From IMG/VR virus record IMGVR_UViG_3300020196_000023: a stretch of 64,000 nucleotides of DNA; one strand, written 5' to 3'. Each line of letters opens with the position of its first letter. Positions within the stretch are counted from its first letter, which is position 1. The stretch comes from an uncultured virus (IMG/VR IMGVR_UViG_3300020196_000023) (Duplodnaviria; Heunggongvirae; Uroviricota; Caudoviricetes). The notes beneath the pieces were generated by a model. That model was not told the origin of the DNA. It saw nothing but the letters and a program-made list of their open reading frames with translations, and searched no databases. The translations under genes and the position numbers were made by a program. Shown piece by piece: positions 8,768 to 18,573 of this stretch.

Positions 8768-10240
8768 AATATTAACTCTTTCTGACCATCCGTTAACCAG
8801 CCGGTAACAGCGGATATAAAACTGGGTGAATTGCTGGAAACTTTCATAAATAATTTCGCTACAGCATAGTTGGAAACGACAAGTGCAAAAGCCAAAAAGA
8901 AATTATTGAAACAATCAGCAGCCAAGTGCCTGTCTTGAAAAAGTGGCAAAGGTTCAGAGACTACGGTTAGCCTAAACATTTTATGTATGGCAATGATCCG
9001 ACAGCGCCCAGCACTTTAATAAGTGATGATATAGTCCAACAAAGTGTCACCATCTGGTGTAGGTAGTCAGTCCAACTACATCTTCCAAGGTCTGTTAAAA
9101 ACAGGCAAATATCAAATTATTTCTTTAGGTGGTGCCATTAAACATCAAGACTATCGCCCTGTCAAGTTCCATGAATATGGCGATGATTTCGTGATTATCC
9201 CAGTTAATGGCTATGGAACGCCAGAATTAATTCGTACAATTTTAATGAAAGAAAAGCCTGATATCATTTGGATGATGACTGATCCAAGATTTTATACGTG
9301 GTTATGGAATATGGAACAAGAGATTCGTCCTAATGTTCCAATTGTTTATTATCATGTGTGGGACAACTATCCATATCCTAAATTTAATCGTGCATATTAT
9401 CAATCGAATGACATGATAGCTACGATTTCTAAACTTACAAGCGATATTGTTAGGACAGTAGCACCAGAAGTCGAAGAACGTTATGTGCCACATGCGGTAA
9501 ATCCAGATTTATTTAAGATTTTAGATGAAAAAGAATATGCACATTTACGTAATCCAAATAAAACACTTTTCTTCTGGACTAACAGAAATGCCAGACGTAA
9601 AATGAGCGGCAGCGTTGTATGGTGGTATAAAGAATTTCTTGATAAAGTTGGACACGATAAAGCATTTTTGCTAATGCATACAGATCCTAAAGATCCTCAT
9701 GGACAAGATCTTGTAGCAATTGCAGAAGAATTAGGCTTGACTAAAGAAAATTTTGCAATTTCTGCTGGTAAAGTTTCACAAGCGGAAATGACTAAATTTT
9801 ATAATGCTGCCGATTGTACAATAAACATCAGCGATGCAGAAGGCTTTGGTTTGTCATGTTTAGAAAGTCTTTCTTGCGGTACTCCTGTTATAGCTAATAA
9901 AACTGGTGGAATGCAAGATCAATTAACAGATGGTGTAGATACATATGGTGTTCTTATAGAACCTGCTAGTCGTGCAGTTATTGGCTCTCAAGAGGTACCA
10001 TATATCTATGAAGATCGTGTTAGTAACAAAGATGTAGTTGAAGCGATGATTAAAATTCATAATATGTCACGCGAAGAACGTAAAGCGCTTGGTCGTAAGG
10101 GACATGACAATGTGCAAAAGAATTTTAATTTTGCAACTTTCCAAGAAACTTGGGATAAACTATTAACAGAAGTTCACGAAAAATGCGGTTCTTGGGAAAC
10201 ACGTAAAAATTATAAATCCCTAAGCGTAAAGGAATACTAA
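8751..10240 (+). CDS. GT4 (GT-B) glycosyltransferase, spliced join(8751..8793,9045..10240), 412 aa
   Basis: AAGGAG SD; exon1 MNKKIKILTLSDHP+T joins TG-TCA to read SDHPLSPSGVG; RNARRK and EGFGLSCLE motifs. Confidence 0.88.
8794..9044 (+). mobile_element. Self-splicing group I intron, 251 nt, no ORF
   Basis: P AATTGCTG, Q AATCAGCAG, R GTTCAGAGACTA (8952-63), S GATATAGTCC (9028-37); P3 CTGGGTG/CGCCCAG; P8 CACTT/AAGTG; P1 ATCCGT/GCGGAT with U8793-G8810 wobble; terminal G9044. Confidence 0.93.
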
Positions 10241-10241
10241 A

Positions 10242-12185
10242 ATGAAAAAAATTTTAATCTCTGGTCCTGTGTTGTCAAAATCTGGATACGGAAAGATGTC
10301 TCAGTTTGCGTATCGTTCTCTAAAAGATAGAACTGATGTGGATTTATATATTATTCCAACTGCTTGGGGAAATACTGGTTGGCATTTTGAAGATAACGAA
10401 GAAAGACGCCACATTGATTCTCTTGTGGCAAAAACACAAACATATATTCAACAAAGCAATGGTCAGCCGCAATTTGATGTTGCAATTCAAATTTCTATTC
10501 CAAATGAATGGAAAAAGATGGCACCAGTAAACATTGGTTATACCGCTGGTATTGAAACGAACCTTATATCTCCAACTTGGCTACAACCTTGTCAGCAAAT
10601 GGATAAGATTATTGTTATCAGCGAACACGCTAAAGCTGGCTTTGTTAATACAATCTTTGGAAATCCGCAAGGACAGCAGTTTAAAGTTACTACACCGGTA
10701 GAAGTAGTTCATTTACCTTATCAGGATGCCACTAAAAAGGCTCTAGAATTGGATTTAAGGCACGATTTCAACTTCTTGGCTGTATGTCAATGGGGACCAA
10801 GAAAAAACTTAGAACAGACTATTGTGGGCTTTATAGAAGAATTCCGCAAAGAAGAAGTTGGATTAGTATTAAAAATTAATTCTGCAAATGATTCTATCAT
10901 GGATAGAACGTATACCGGGAAACGTTTGGAACAGCTATTATCTGCTTATCCTGACCGTAAATGCACTGTTACATTAGTTCACGGTCATTTAAGCGAAGGT
11001 GAAATGGAATCACTTTACGTTCATCCAAAGATTAAGGCAATTGTTTCTACAACTCACGGTGAAGGGTTTGGTTTACCATTGTTAGAAGCTGCCGCAAATG
11101 AACTTCCTGTGCTTGCAACTGATTGGAGTGGTCATACAGACTTCCTATACATGCCAGACGGAGAAGAAAAGAAGCGTATGTTTGGTAAGATTGATTATGA
11201 CTTAAAACCTATCGAAGCAGCACATGTTTGGAAGGGTGTTCTAGAAGAAGGAACTCAATGGGCATTTCCAAAGACGGCATCTTATAAAGAAAAACTCCGT
11301 GATTGTTATAAAGATTATGGCCGCTATAAGTCACAAGCCAAAAAATTAGCTCCTTGGGTAAAAGAAAATTTTAATGAAAGTAAATTAGAAAATAAATTTT
11401 CTGTTTTATCTGCGGGAGAATTGCCAATACAAGTTAAAACAGAAGAATTGCCTTTGATTTCTATTTTTGCTTCAGTTTATAATTCTGATGAATACATAGA
11501 ACAATATTTAGATGATGTAACTAGACAGAGCATTTTTAAAGATAAATGTGAATTAATTCTTATTAATCCCAACTCTCCCGGTAATGAAGAAATAATTATT
11601 AAAAAATATATGGAAAAATATCCAAATATTAAATATATTAAATTGGATCACGATCCGGGTATTTATGATACTTGGAATCAAGCAATCAAATTATGTTCTG
11701 GCGAATACATAACAAATGCTAATTTAGATGATAGAAAATCTCCATTATCAATAGAAAAACACGCTAAAGCGCTTTTTTCTAATCCAAATGTAGACTTGGT
11801 ATATGCAGATAGTTATATTGTTACTGAATCTAATAAACGTTGGGAAGATATTAAAGAAGATACACAAAAATATAATTTTGAACAGTTTTCTCTAGATGCA
11901 ATGTTAAGAGGCAATCCACCACATAATAATCCAATGTGGCGTAAGACTATGCATAATAAAAACGGTTGGTTCAACCAAAAATATAAATCTGCTGCTGATT
12001 GGGATTTCTGGTTAAAATGCGCGTTTAATGGTTCAAAATACATGAAAATAAATGAAGTATTGGGTATTTATTATCACAATCCAAAAGGTATGTCTACCAA
12101 TCCCGAAAATAGCTCTTGGAAGAGAGAAGAAGAAAAAGAAATATTTAAAAAATACATGAACATGTATCAGGAAAGAAATAAGTAA
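10242..12185 (+). CDS. Fused GT4 + GT2 glycosyltransferase
   Basis: SGYG, RKN, GEGFGLPLLEA in N half; ISIFASVYN, NANLDD, AADWDFW in C half. Confidence 0.88.
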   Translation: MKKILISGPVLSKSGYGKMSQFAYRSLKDRTDVDLYIIPTAWGNTGWHFEDNEERRHIDSLVAKTQTYIQQSNGQPQFDVAIQISIPNEWKKMAPVNIGYTAGIETNLISPTWLQPCQQMDKIIVISEHAKAGFVNTIFGNPQGQQFKVTTPVEVVHLPYQDATKKALELDLRHDFNFLAVCQWGPRKNLEQTIVGFIEEFRKEEVGLVLKINSANDSIMDRTYTGKRLEQLLSAYPDRKCTVTLVHGHLSEGEMESLYVHPKIKAIVSTTHGEGFGLPLLEAAANELPVLATDWSGHTDFLYMPDGEEKKRMFGKIDYDLKPIEAAHVWKGVLEEGTQWAFPKTASYKEKLRDCYKDYGRYKSQAKKLAPWVKENFNESKLENKFSVLSAGELPIQVKTEELPLISIFASVYNSDEYIEQYLDDVTRQSIFKDKCELILINPNSPGNEEIIIKKYMEKYPNIKYIKLDHDPGIYDTWNQAIKLCSGEYITNANLDDRKSPLSIEKHAKALFSNPNVDLVYADSYIVTESNKRWEDIKEDTQKYNFEQFSLDAMLRGNPPHNNPMWRKTMHNKNGWFNQKYKSAADWDFWLKCAFNGSKYMKINEVLGIYYHNPKGMSTNPENSSWKREEEKEIFKKYMNMYQERNK

Positions 12186-12186
12186 T

Positions 12187-13062
12187 ATGGTTTTGTTTAC
12201 TGTTACTAATAATGTTTTTGCACCATGCGTTTTTAACCTTATAGAAAGTTATAAACTTTATTCTTGTAATAAAGAAATATTTATAATTTATTATGATTTA
12301 AATGATGACTATATAAAGCTTTTTAAAAATAAATATGGCTCACAAGTCAATTTAATACCAGTAGAGAAGGAATGCGAGCATGCTTTTAATTCAAGATTTT
12401 ATTTTCCAAAAGCCTATGCTCTTAAAATAGCGCATAGTTTAAATAAGCCTTTTATGTTATCCGATGCTTCAAATGCTTTTTTGTATAATACTTATGAATT
12501 AGAATATTTAGTTAAAGAAAAAAGTAGATTTTTTATTGAATATCCAACAGAAATATTTAAAAATAAATATTGGGCAACTAAAAAAAGTTTAGAAATAATG
12601 AAGTGCAATTCTGTACATCATAAAGAAGCACAATCCTATTGGTCTGGTTTTCATGCTTATGAGCCAACAGACGAAAATAAGCAAATGATATTTGATCAAT
12701 ATAAATTAATGTTGAATTCTGATATAGCTGGTCCTTCAAATTTATTAAACAAACCAGATGGTAGCGATGCAGATTGCATTGCTCACAGAAACGATCAAAC
12801 AGTTTTATCTTTAATGATAAATAAGTATGGCTTTAATCAAGCATTTAATATTGATAAATACAATAAATTTGGCGATCAGCAAACAGCCAAATTTATGTTA
12901 CCAGATATATTTCGCAATTTTGACGAAAGAAAAATTTGTCTATATTCTAGATTTTCAAAAAATAATAATTTTAAATTTATTGATAATGATCTAAAATCTA
13001 AATTAGAAAAAATTTTTGAAATGTATAATATAGATAGAAATACAGGTAAAATTATAAAATGA
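12187..13062 (+). CDS. Putative GT-A-like glycosyltransferase
   Basis: YYDL..PK..SDAS..HRNDQTVLSL motifs; operon context. Confidence 0.55.
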   Translation: MVLFTVTNNVFAPCVFNLIESYKLYSCNKEIFIIYYDLNDDYIKLFKNKYGSQVNLIPVEKECEHAFNSRFYFPKAYALKIAHSLNKPFMLSDASNAFLYNTYELEYLVKEKSRFFIEYPTEIFKNKYWATKKSLEIMKCNSVHHKEAQSYWSGFHAYEPTDENKQMIFDQYKLMLNSDIAGPSNLLNKPDGSDADCIAHRNDQTVLSLMINKYGFNQAFNIDKYNKFGDQQTAKFMLPDIFRNFDERKICLYSRFSKNNNFKFIDNDLKSKLEKIFEMYNIDRNTGKIIK

Positions 13063-13823
13063 ATAATATAAAAGTTTTGCTTTCTTGTGATGATAATCCA
13101 TTTTATTATAATTTTTGGAATGATGTTTCATATGTATGGAAACAAATATTTAATTTTGACCCGGTATTAATATATGTATCAGATGTTGAAAATAATAATC
13201 TTAGTAGTGCTAATGGACAAATAATTAGAGTTAATAAAATAGAAAATATTCCCACTTATCTACAAGCACAATTAGCAAGAGTATATTATACTTCTCTTTA
13301 TAAAAATGATGTCTGTATGTTATCTGATATAGACATGATACCTATTAACAAAAGTTTTTTTAATAAAGAAAAAATCTTAGAACATACTAAAGATAATTCT
13401 ATGTTTCATTTGAATCCTACCCCAAGAGAGTTTGGTCAATATCCAATGTGTTATTACTGTGGCACAGGACAGGCATTTGCATTTGCTACTAGTGATAAAT
13501 CATGGGAAAATTTTATGAAAGAAGTAGTATCATGCAATTTTTCTGTTAACAAATTAAATTACAATCTTCCTTCGCATTTAAAAGGAAAAGATTTATGGTT
13601 TAGCGATGAATTATTTTTATATACAAAATTAAATCAAACAAAAACAAATATTAAAATAAATAATCAAATAATTAAAAGTTTTCAAAGATTAGATAGAGAA
13701 CAAATACTATCTTTAGATCATAAATCAATAAATAATTACATTGATTGTCACATGCCGCGCCCTTTTGATTTATATGAAAAACAAATTAATTATATTATAC
13801 ATGGTATAGAAAATGCACAATGA
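13059..13823 (+). CDS. Putative glycosyltransferase
   Basis: LSDIDM DxD motif, SDE, DCH; operon context. Confidence 0.5.
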   Translation: MNNIKVLLSCDDNPFYYNFWNDVSYVWKQIFNFDPVLIYVSDVENNNLSSANGQIIRVNKIENIPTYLQAQLARVYYTSLYKNDVCMLSDIDMIPINKSFFNKEKILEHTKDNSMFHLNPTPREFGQYPMCYYCGTGQAFAFATSDKSWENFMKEVVSCNFSVNKLNYNLPSHLKGKDLWFSDELFLYTKLNQTKTNIKINNQIIKSFQRLDREQILSLDHKSINNYIDCHMPRPFDLYEKQINYIIHGIENAQ

Positions 13824-14616
13824 AGATTTTTTTAATACGATTATAGATAAAAAAGAATATATATGTGGCAATTCATTTATTGATATTTCTAATGGAAAGG
13901 ATATATTATTCTGTAAAATAGACAATGTATCAGAACACTACGGAAAGCAAATTGACACCTTCATTACGCATAATGGTGATTATAGCGTAGATCAAAATGC
14001 CTATAATATTGGACCAAAGTGCAATAAATGGTATGGACAAAATAAAAATATAAATATGGAAAAGGTACTATCTATACCTATAGGATTAGAAAATTTTGAA
14101 CCTGAATTTTCATTTAAAAGTAATTATGGCAGATATTCTACTATGCCACCGATGGGTTACCAAAAAAAAGAGTATATATCTTTTTTATCATCCAACTGTA
14201 ATGAACATAAAAATTTAATATATTTAAACTTTAATTCTACTACATTCCCTACAGAAAGAAATTATGTAAAAAGTTTATTTTTTAATGAATCTTGGGTTAC
14301 TAAAGAAAATAATGTTGATTGGAAAATATATTATAATTCATTAATAAATAGCAAATTTTGTTTTTCTCCACGCGGCAATGGTATTGACTGTCATAGAACA
14401 TGGGAAGCGCTATATTTAAGAACAATACCAATATTAAAAAAAGAATTTTATATGGAAGAATTTTCCGATCTTCCTATACTTTTTGTTGATCATTGGTCGC
14501 AAATAAATGAAGATTTTTTAAATATAAGTTATGAACAAATGATAAAAAAACAGTATAATTTAGATAAATTAAAAATCTCATTTTGGAAAAGGCATATATT
14601 AAATGCCAATAATTAA
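13813..14616 (+). CDS. Exostosin/GT47-like glycosyltransferase
   Basis: SKFCFSPRGNGIDCHRTWEALY..IP motif. Confidence 0.7.
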   Translation: MHNEDFFNTIIDKKEYICGNSFIDISNGKDILFCKIDNVSEHYGKQIDTFITHNGDYSVDQNAYNIGPKCNKWYGQNKNINMEKVLSIPIGLENFEPEFSFKSNYGRYSTMPPMGYQKKEYISFLSSNCNEHKNLIYLNFNSTTFPTERNYVKSLFFNESWVTKENNVDWKIYYNSLINSKFCFSPRGNGIDCHRTWEALYLRTIPILKKEFYMEEFSDLPILFVDHWSQINEDFLNISYEQMIKKQYNLDKLKISFWKRHILNANN

Positions 14617-15385
14617 TTTTTGGTTCGGCAGATTAGGTAATAATATACAGCAACTTTCTAATGCTATATTTTATTCACAAAATAATAATGTTAATTTTTC
14701 TTCTCCAATGCATCCATTTATAAAATGTTTTAGTATTATCAATGGCAAAGAAGATGATTTTAGTTCAAGATTCTTTTTTTATAACGGTTCACAAAAAGAT
14801 TTTGAATGTGATGAAGAATTGTTAAATAAAGCTAGAAGAGATATATGTTTAAAATACATAACGCCTAATTTAAATATATCGTTTGAAAAACCATTTTCTG
14901 ACGATACATTAGTTATACATCTTAGATCTGGTGACGTTTTTATATCTAATCCACCTTCTACTTATACTCAAAACCCACTTTCTTTTTATAAAAAAATAAT
15001 AAAAAACTTTAAAAAAATTATAATAGTTAGTGAAGACAATAAACATCCACTACTTCAAGAATTATTAAAAGAAGAGAACGTTTCTTATCAATCATCGAGT
15101 ATATCAGACGATTTTTCTACATTAATAAGAGCAAAACATTTAGCTACTTCAGGGGTTGGTACGTTTTCTATAGCAGCTGCTCTTTGTTCAATAAATTTAA
15201 AAAAACTCTATTGTTCTGATATATTTTGTAACGAACATTTAAATCCTACAATGTTGCTTAACAGCGATATAGAAGTTGAAATGTATAATATATCAAATTA
15301 TATAAAAATTGGCGATTGGAAAAACACAATTGAACAAAGAAAAATTATGCTTGAACATGAGATAAAATATGTTAATACCTTATAA
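14603..15385 (+). CDS. GT11-like fucosyltransferase
   Basis: GRLGN, HLRSGD, SED, DF..GTFS motifs. Confidence 0.7.
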   Translation: MPIINFWFGRLGNNIQQLSNAIFYSQNNNVNFSSPMHPFIKCFSIINGKEDDFSSRFFFYNGSQKDFECDEELLNKARRDICLKYITPNLNISFEKPFSDDTLVIHLRSGDVFISNPPSTYTQNPLSFYKKIIKNFKKIIIVSEDNKHPLLQELLKEENVSYQSSSISDDFSTLIRAKHLATSGVGTFSIAAALCSINLKKLYCSDIFCNEHLNPTMLLNSDIEVEMYNISNYIKIGDWKNTIEQRKIMLEHEIKYVNTL

Positions 15386-15995
15386 AAAAATAATAGAAAA
15401 ATATAATTTAAATATCAAAAATATATTACATATAGGCGCTCATAACGCTGAAGAAAAAGATGATTATTTTGATAATGGATGTAAAAAAGTAATTTGGGTT
15501 GAAGCAAATCCCCAGCTAATAGAAAATTTGTCAAAGACAATTAAAGATGATAATAACATTATTTTAGAAGCCATAATATCTAATATTGATAATAAAGAAA
15601 TAAATTTTAATTTAACAAATAACGGTCAATCTTCTTCTATTTTAAATCTTGGTTTACATAAAAATTTATTTCCTGATATTGTAGTTAATAAAACAATTTG
15701 TACAAAGACAATTACAATTAAAACTCTTTTTGAACAAAATAAGCTAAGTATTAAAGATATAGATTTTATAAATCTTGATATACAAGGGGCAGAATTATTA
15801 GCTCTTCAGGGAATTGGTGATGAATTAGAAAACGTGAAAGCGATTTTTACTGAAATAAATACTGATTATGTATATGAAAACTGTGCGCTTGTGGAACAAA
15901 TAGATTATTTTCTTTCTTTATATAGCTTTAATAGAGTAGAAACAGTAATGTGGTGTGATCATCCTTGGGGCGATGCTTTGTATGTGAAACAATAA
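15369..15995 (+). CDS. FkbM-family methyltransferase
   Basis: HIGAH, VEANP, SSSIL, LDIQGAEL, WGDALY. Confidence 0.88.
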   Translation: MLIPYKKIIEKYNLNIKNILHIGAHNAEEKDDYFDNGCKKVIWVEANPQLIENLSKTIKDDNNIILEAIISNIDNKEINFNLTNNGQSSSILNLGLHKNLFPDIVVNKTICTKTITIKTLFEQNKLSIKDIDFINLDIQGAELLALQGIGDELENVKAIFTEINTDYVYENCALVEQIDYFLSLYSFNRVETVMWCDHPWGDALYVKQ

Positions 15996-16053
15996 AATAA
16001 ATAAACACGTTCTATACGATAACAATAACAACATAAATGCTTTTTGGCTTTAT

Positions 16054-16131
16054 ACAAGTTATTATAATTTAGAAAAATTAAAAATCTTATTTTGGAAGAA
16101 AACAATCCTAGGAAATTATTATGACAAATGA
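16054..16131 (+). pseudogene. 3' remnant of a second GT47-like gene
   Basis: Reads YNLEKLKILFWKKTIL versus YNLDKLKISFWKRHIL at end of ORF 13813; 16063-16097 matches 14554-14588 at 33/35 nt. Confidence 0.6.
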
Positions 16132-16690
16132 TCCATTCGCTACCCATCAACCAGTGTTAAAAAAAATTTTATCTATTTTAGATAAAAATAAACCAATTCT
16201 TGAATTAGGATGTGGTCATGGCAGTACGCCGTTGCTACACGACTTTTCTACATCGCATCAAGTTGAAATATATACATTTGATAATAATGAAGAATGGTTA
16301 AATATTATTTCTTCACAATATAAATCTCATAAATATCATAATTATATAAAAGTGAACGATTGGAATATTGAGTTAAAAGAATATTTAAAATATGATTGGT
16401 CATTAGTATTTATTGATCAAGCACCGTGGGAAGCCAGAACGTTATCTTTAGAGCTTTTTAAAAATAAAACTGATTATGTAATTTTACATGATTGTGATTA
16501 TTTTCCGGCTAATAATGTTTTTGGAAAACAATATAGTCCAATAATTTCTTCGCTATCAACTGGCCATAGAGATTATTCTGATATATTAAAATATTATGTA
16601 GAATATTTTCCTAAACACTTTGCTTCCCCTAGTGGTCCACCAACCCTTTTAGGAAGCCAATATAATAAAATAGATTTTTTAATAGAATAA
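16121..16690 (+). CDS. Class I SAM methyltransferase-like protein
   Basis: ILELGCGHGST, LVFID, ILHD. Confidence 0.65.
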   Translation: MTNDPFATHQPVLKKILSILDKNKPILELGCGHGSTPLLHDFSTSHQVEIYTFDNNEEWLNIISSQYKSHKYHNYIKVNDWNIELKEYLKYDWSLVFIDQAPWEARTLSLELFKNKTDYVILHDCDYFPANNVFGKQYSPIISSLSTGHRDYSDILKYYVEYFPKHFASPSGPPTLLGSQYNKIDFLIE

Positions 16691-16740
16691 TATATGCTAT
16701 CAACTATTAATTATTGATATAAAACAATGGAAATAAAATT

Positions 16741-17676
16741 ATGAAAATTATAACCGGCGGTTCTGGTTTACTTGGCAATGCGTTTAAAAAATTAACTCCT
16801 AATGCTCTTTTCCCAACTCATAAAGAACTTGATTTAGTAAATAAAAATAATACTCAAGAGTATTTTGATAAATTTGCAGCTAGTGTTGATACAATAATCC
16901 ATTTAGCAGGAAAAGTTGGCGGCGTAAAAGCCAATACGCAATATGTATCAGATTTTTATGAAGTTAATTCTGCTATTAACAACAATCTTATTACTACATG
17001 TGTAAAAAATAAAATTCCTACGCTCGTTTGTTGCTTATCAACTTGTATTTATCCAGATGAAAAATATATTAACTATCCATTGACAGAAGAACAATTACAT
17101 AATGGTCCACCGCATGATTCAAATTTTGGCTATGCTTATGCTAAACGAATGGTTGATATACAATTAAAGGCAGTGAGACAACAGTACGGTTATGATTATA
17201 TAGCAGTAATACCAAATAATATGTATGGCGAACATGATAATTTTGATTTAGAAAATGGTCATGTTATACCTTCTTTAATACGTAAGATTTGGGAAGCAAA
17301 AATAAATAACAAACCAACATTTGAAGTTTGGGGCGATGGAGAGATATATCGTGAATTTACTTACGCAGAAGATATTGCTAAAGTTATATTATTTTGCATA
17401 GATAAATATAATAGTTCAGAACCAATTAATATTGGAAGCACACAAGAGTATAAATTAAAAGATGTTATAGAAATTATTACTAAAGAGTTAAACTATAAAG
17501 GTAATATAGTTTTCGATACATCAAAACCAAAAGGACAAATTCGCAAACCAACAAGCAATAAAAAATTATTAGATCTTGGATGGAAAAATGAATGGTATAC
17601 GCCATTAGAAGTTGGTTTGAAAAAAACCTGTGATTGGTTTGTAAATAATTATCCTAATGTTAGAGGAGTTAAATAA
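16741..17676 (+). CDS. fcl: GDP-L-fucose synthase
   Basis: GGSGLLG, HLAGKVGG, LSTCIYP, YAYAK, PNNMYG, HVIPSLI, REF. Confidence 0.92.
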   Translation: MKIITGGSGLLGNAFKKLTPNALFPTHKELDLVNKNNTQEYFDKFAASVDTIIHLAGKVGGVKANTQYVSDFYEVNSAINNNLITTCVKNKIPTLVCCLSTCIYPDEKYINYPLTEEQLHNGPPHDSNFGYAYAKRMVDIQLKAVRQQYGYDYIAVIPNNMYGEHDNFDLENGHVIPSLIRKIWEAKINNKPTFEVWGDGEIYREFTYAEDIAKVILFCIDKYNSSEPINIGSTQEYKLKDVIEIITKELNYKGNIVFDTSKPKGQIRKPTSNKKLLDLGWKNEWYTPLEVGLKKTCDWFVNNYPNVRGVK

Positions 17677-18573
17677 GTGAAATGCTTGGTAACTGGCGGT
17701 GCTGGTTTTATTGGCTCTAATTTAGTAGATAGATTGTTACAGCTAGGACATGAAGTAATTGCAATAGATAACGAATCCTCAGAATCACATGAAAAATTTT
17801 ATTGGAATAATAAATGCGAAAATCACAAACTAGATATTTGTCATTACGAGCAAATATCTAGTTTATTTAAAAACGTAGATTGGGTATTTCATTTAGCAGC
17901 AGAAGCTAGAATTCAACCAGCTATTTTAAATCCATTAAAAGCTATTAAAACAAATGTTTTAGGAACTTGCAATGTGTTGCAGGCTTCTAGAGAACATAAA
18001 ATTAAAAGAGTAATTTATTCTTCTACTAGTTCTGCTTATGGTACAAAAAATATTCCACCGCTTGTTGAAACAATGCCAAAAGATTGCTTAAATCCATATT
18101 CTGTTTCAAAAACTTCAGGTGAAGAGCTGTGTTCAATGTATTACAAATTATTTGGTTTACAAACAGTGATATTTAGATATTTTAACGTTTACGGCGAAAG
18201 ACAACCGACAAAAGGACAATACGCTCCAGTGATCGGTTTATTTTTAAAACAAAAAGAATTAGGAAAAAAAATGACTGTTGTAGGTGATGGTTTGCAAAAA
18301 AGAGATTTTACTCATATTAGTGATATAGTAAATGCTAATATATTAGCCGCATCTACTAATAATCTTGAAATATTTGGAGAAACATTTAATATTGGAACAG
18401 GTATTAATTATAGTATATTAGAATTGGTTAAAATAATTGGTGGCGATTATGAGCATATACCAGCTAGAATGGGAGAAGCTAAAATAACTTTAGCAAATAT
18501 AAATAAAGCTAAAAATATGTTAAACTGGCAACCAAAAATTATATTAGAGGATTGGATAAATGCCAATAAATAG
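17677..18573 (+). CDS. NAD-dependent NDP-sugar epimerase/dehydratase
   Basis: TGGAGFIG, YSVSK, RYFNVYG, RDFTH. Confidence 0.9.
   Translation: MKCLVTGGAGFIGSNLVDRLLQLGHEVIAIDNESSESHEKFYWNNKCENHKLDICHYEQISSLFKNVDWVFHLAAEARIQPAILNPLKAIKTNVLGTCNVLQASREHKIKRVIYSSTSSAYGTKNIPPLVETMPKDCLNPYSVSKTSGEELCSMYYKLFGLQTVIFRYFNVYGERQPTKGQYAPVIGLFLKQKELGKKMTVVGDGLQKRDFTHISDIVNANILAASTNNLEIFGETFNIGTGINYSILELVKIIGGDYEHIPARMGEAKITLANINKAKNMLNWQPKIILEDWINANK

Noticed and set aside
8764..8979. 71-aa minus-strand ORF as an intron-encoded endonuclease
   Set aside because: Antisense to the ribozyme core and has no nuclease motif
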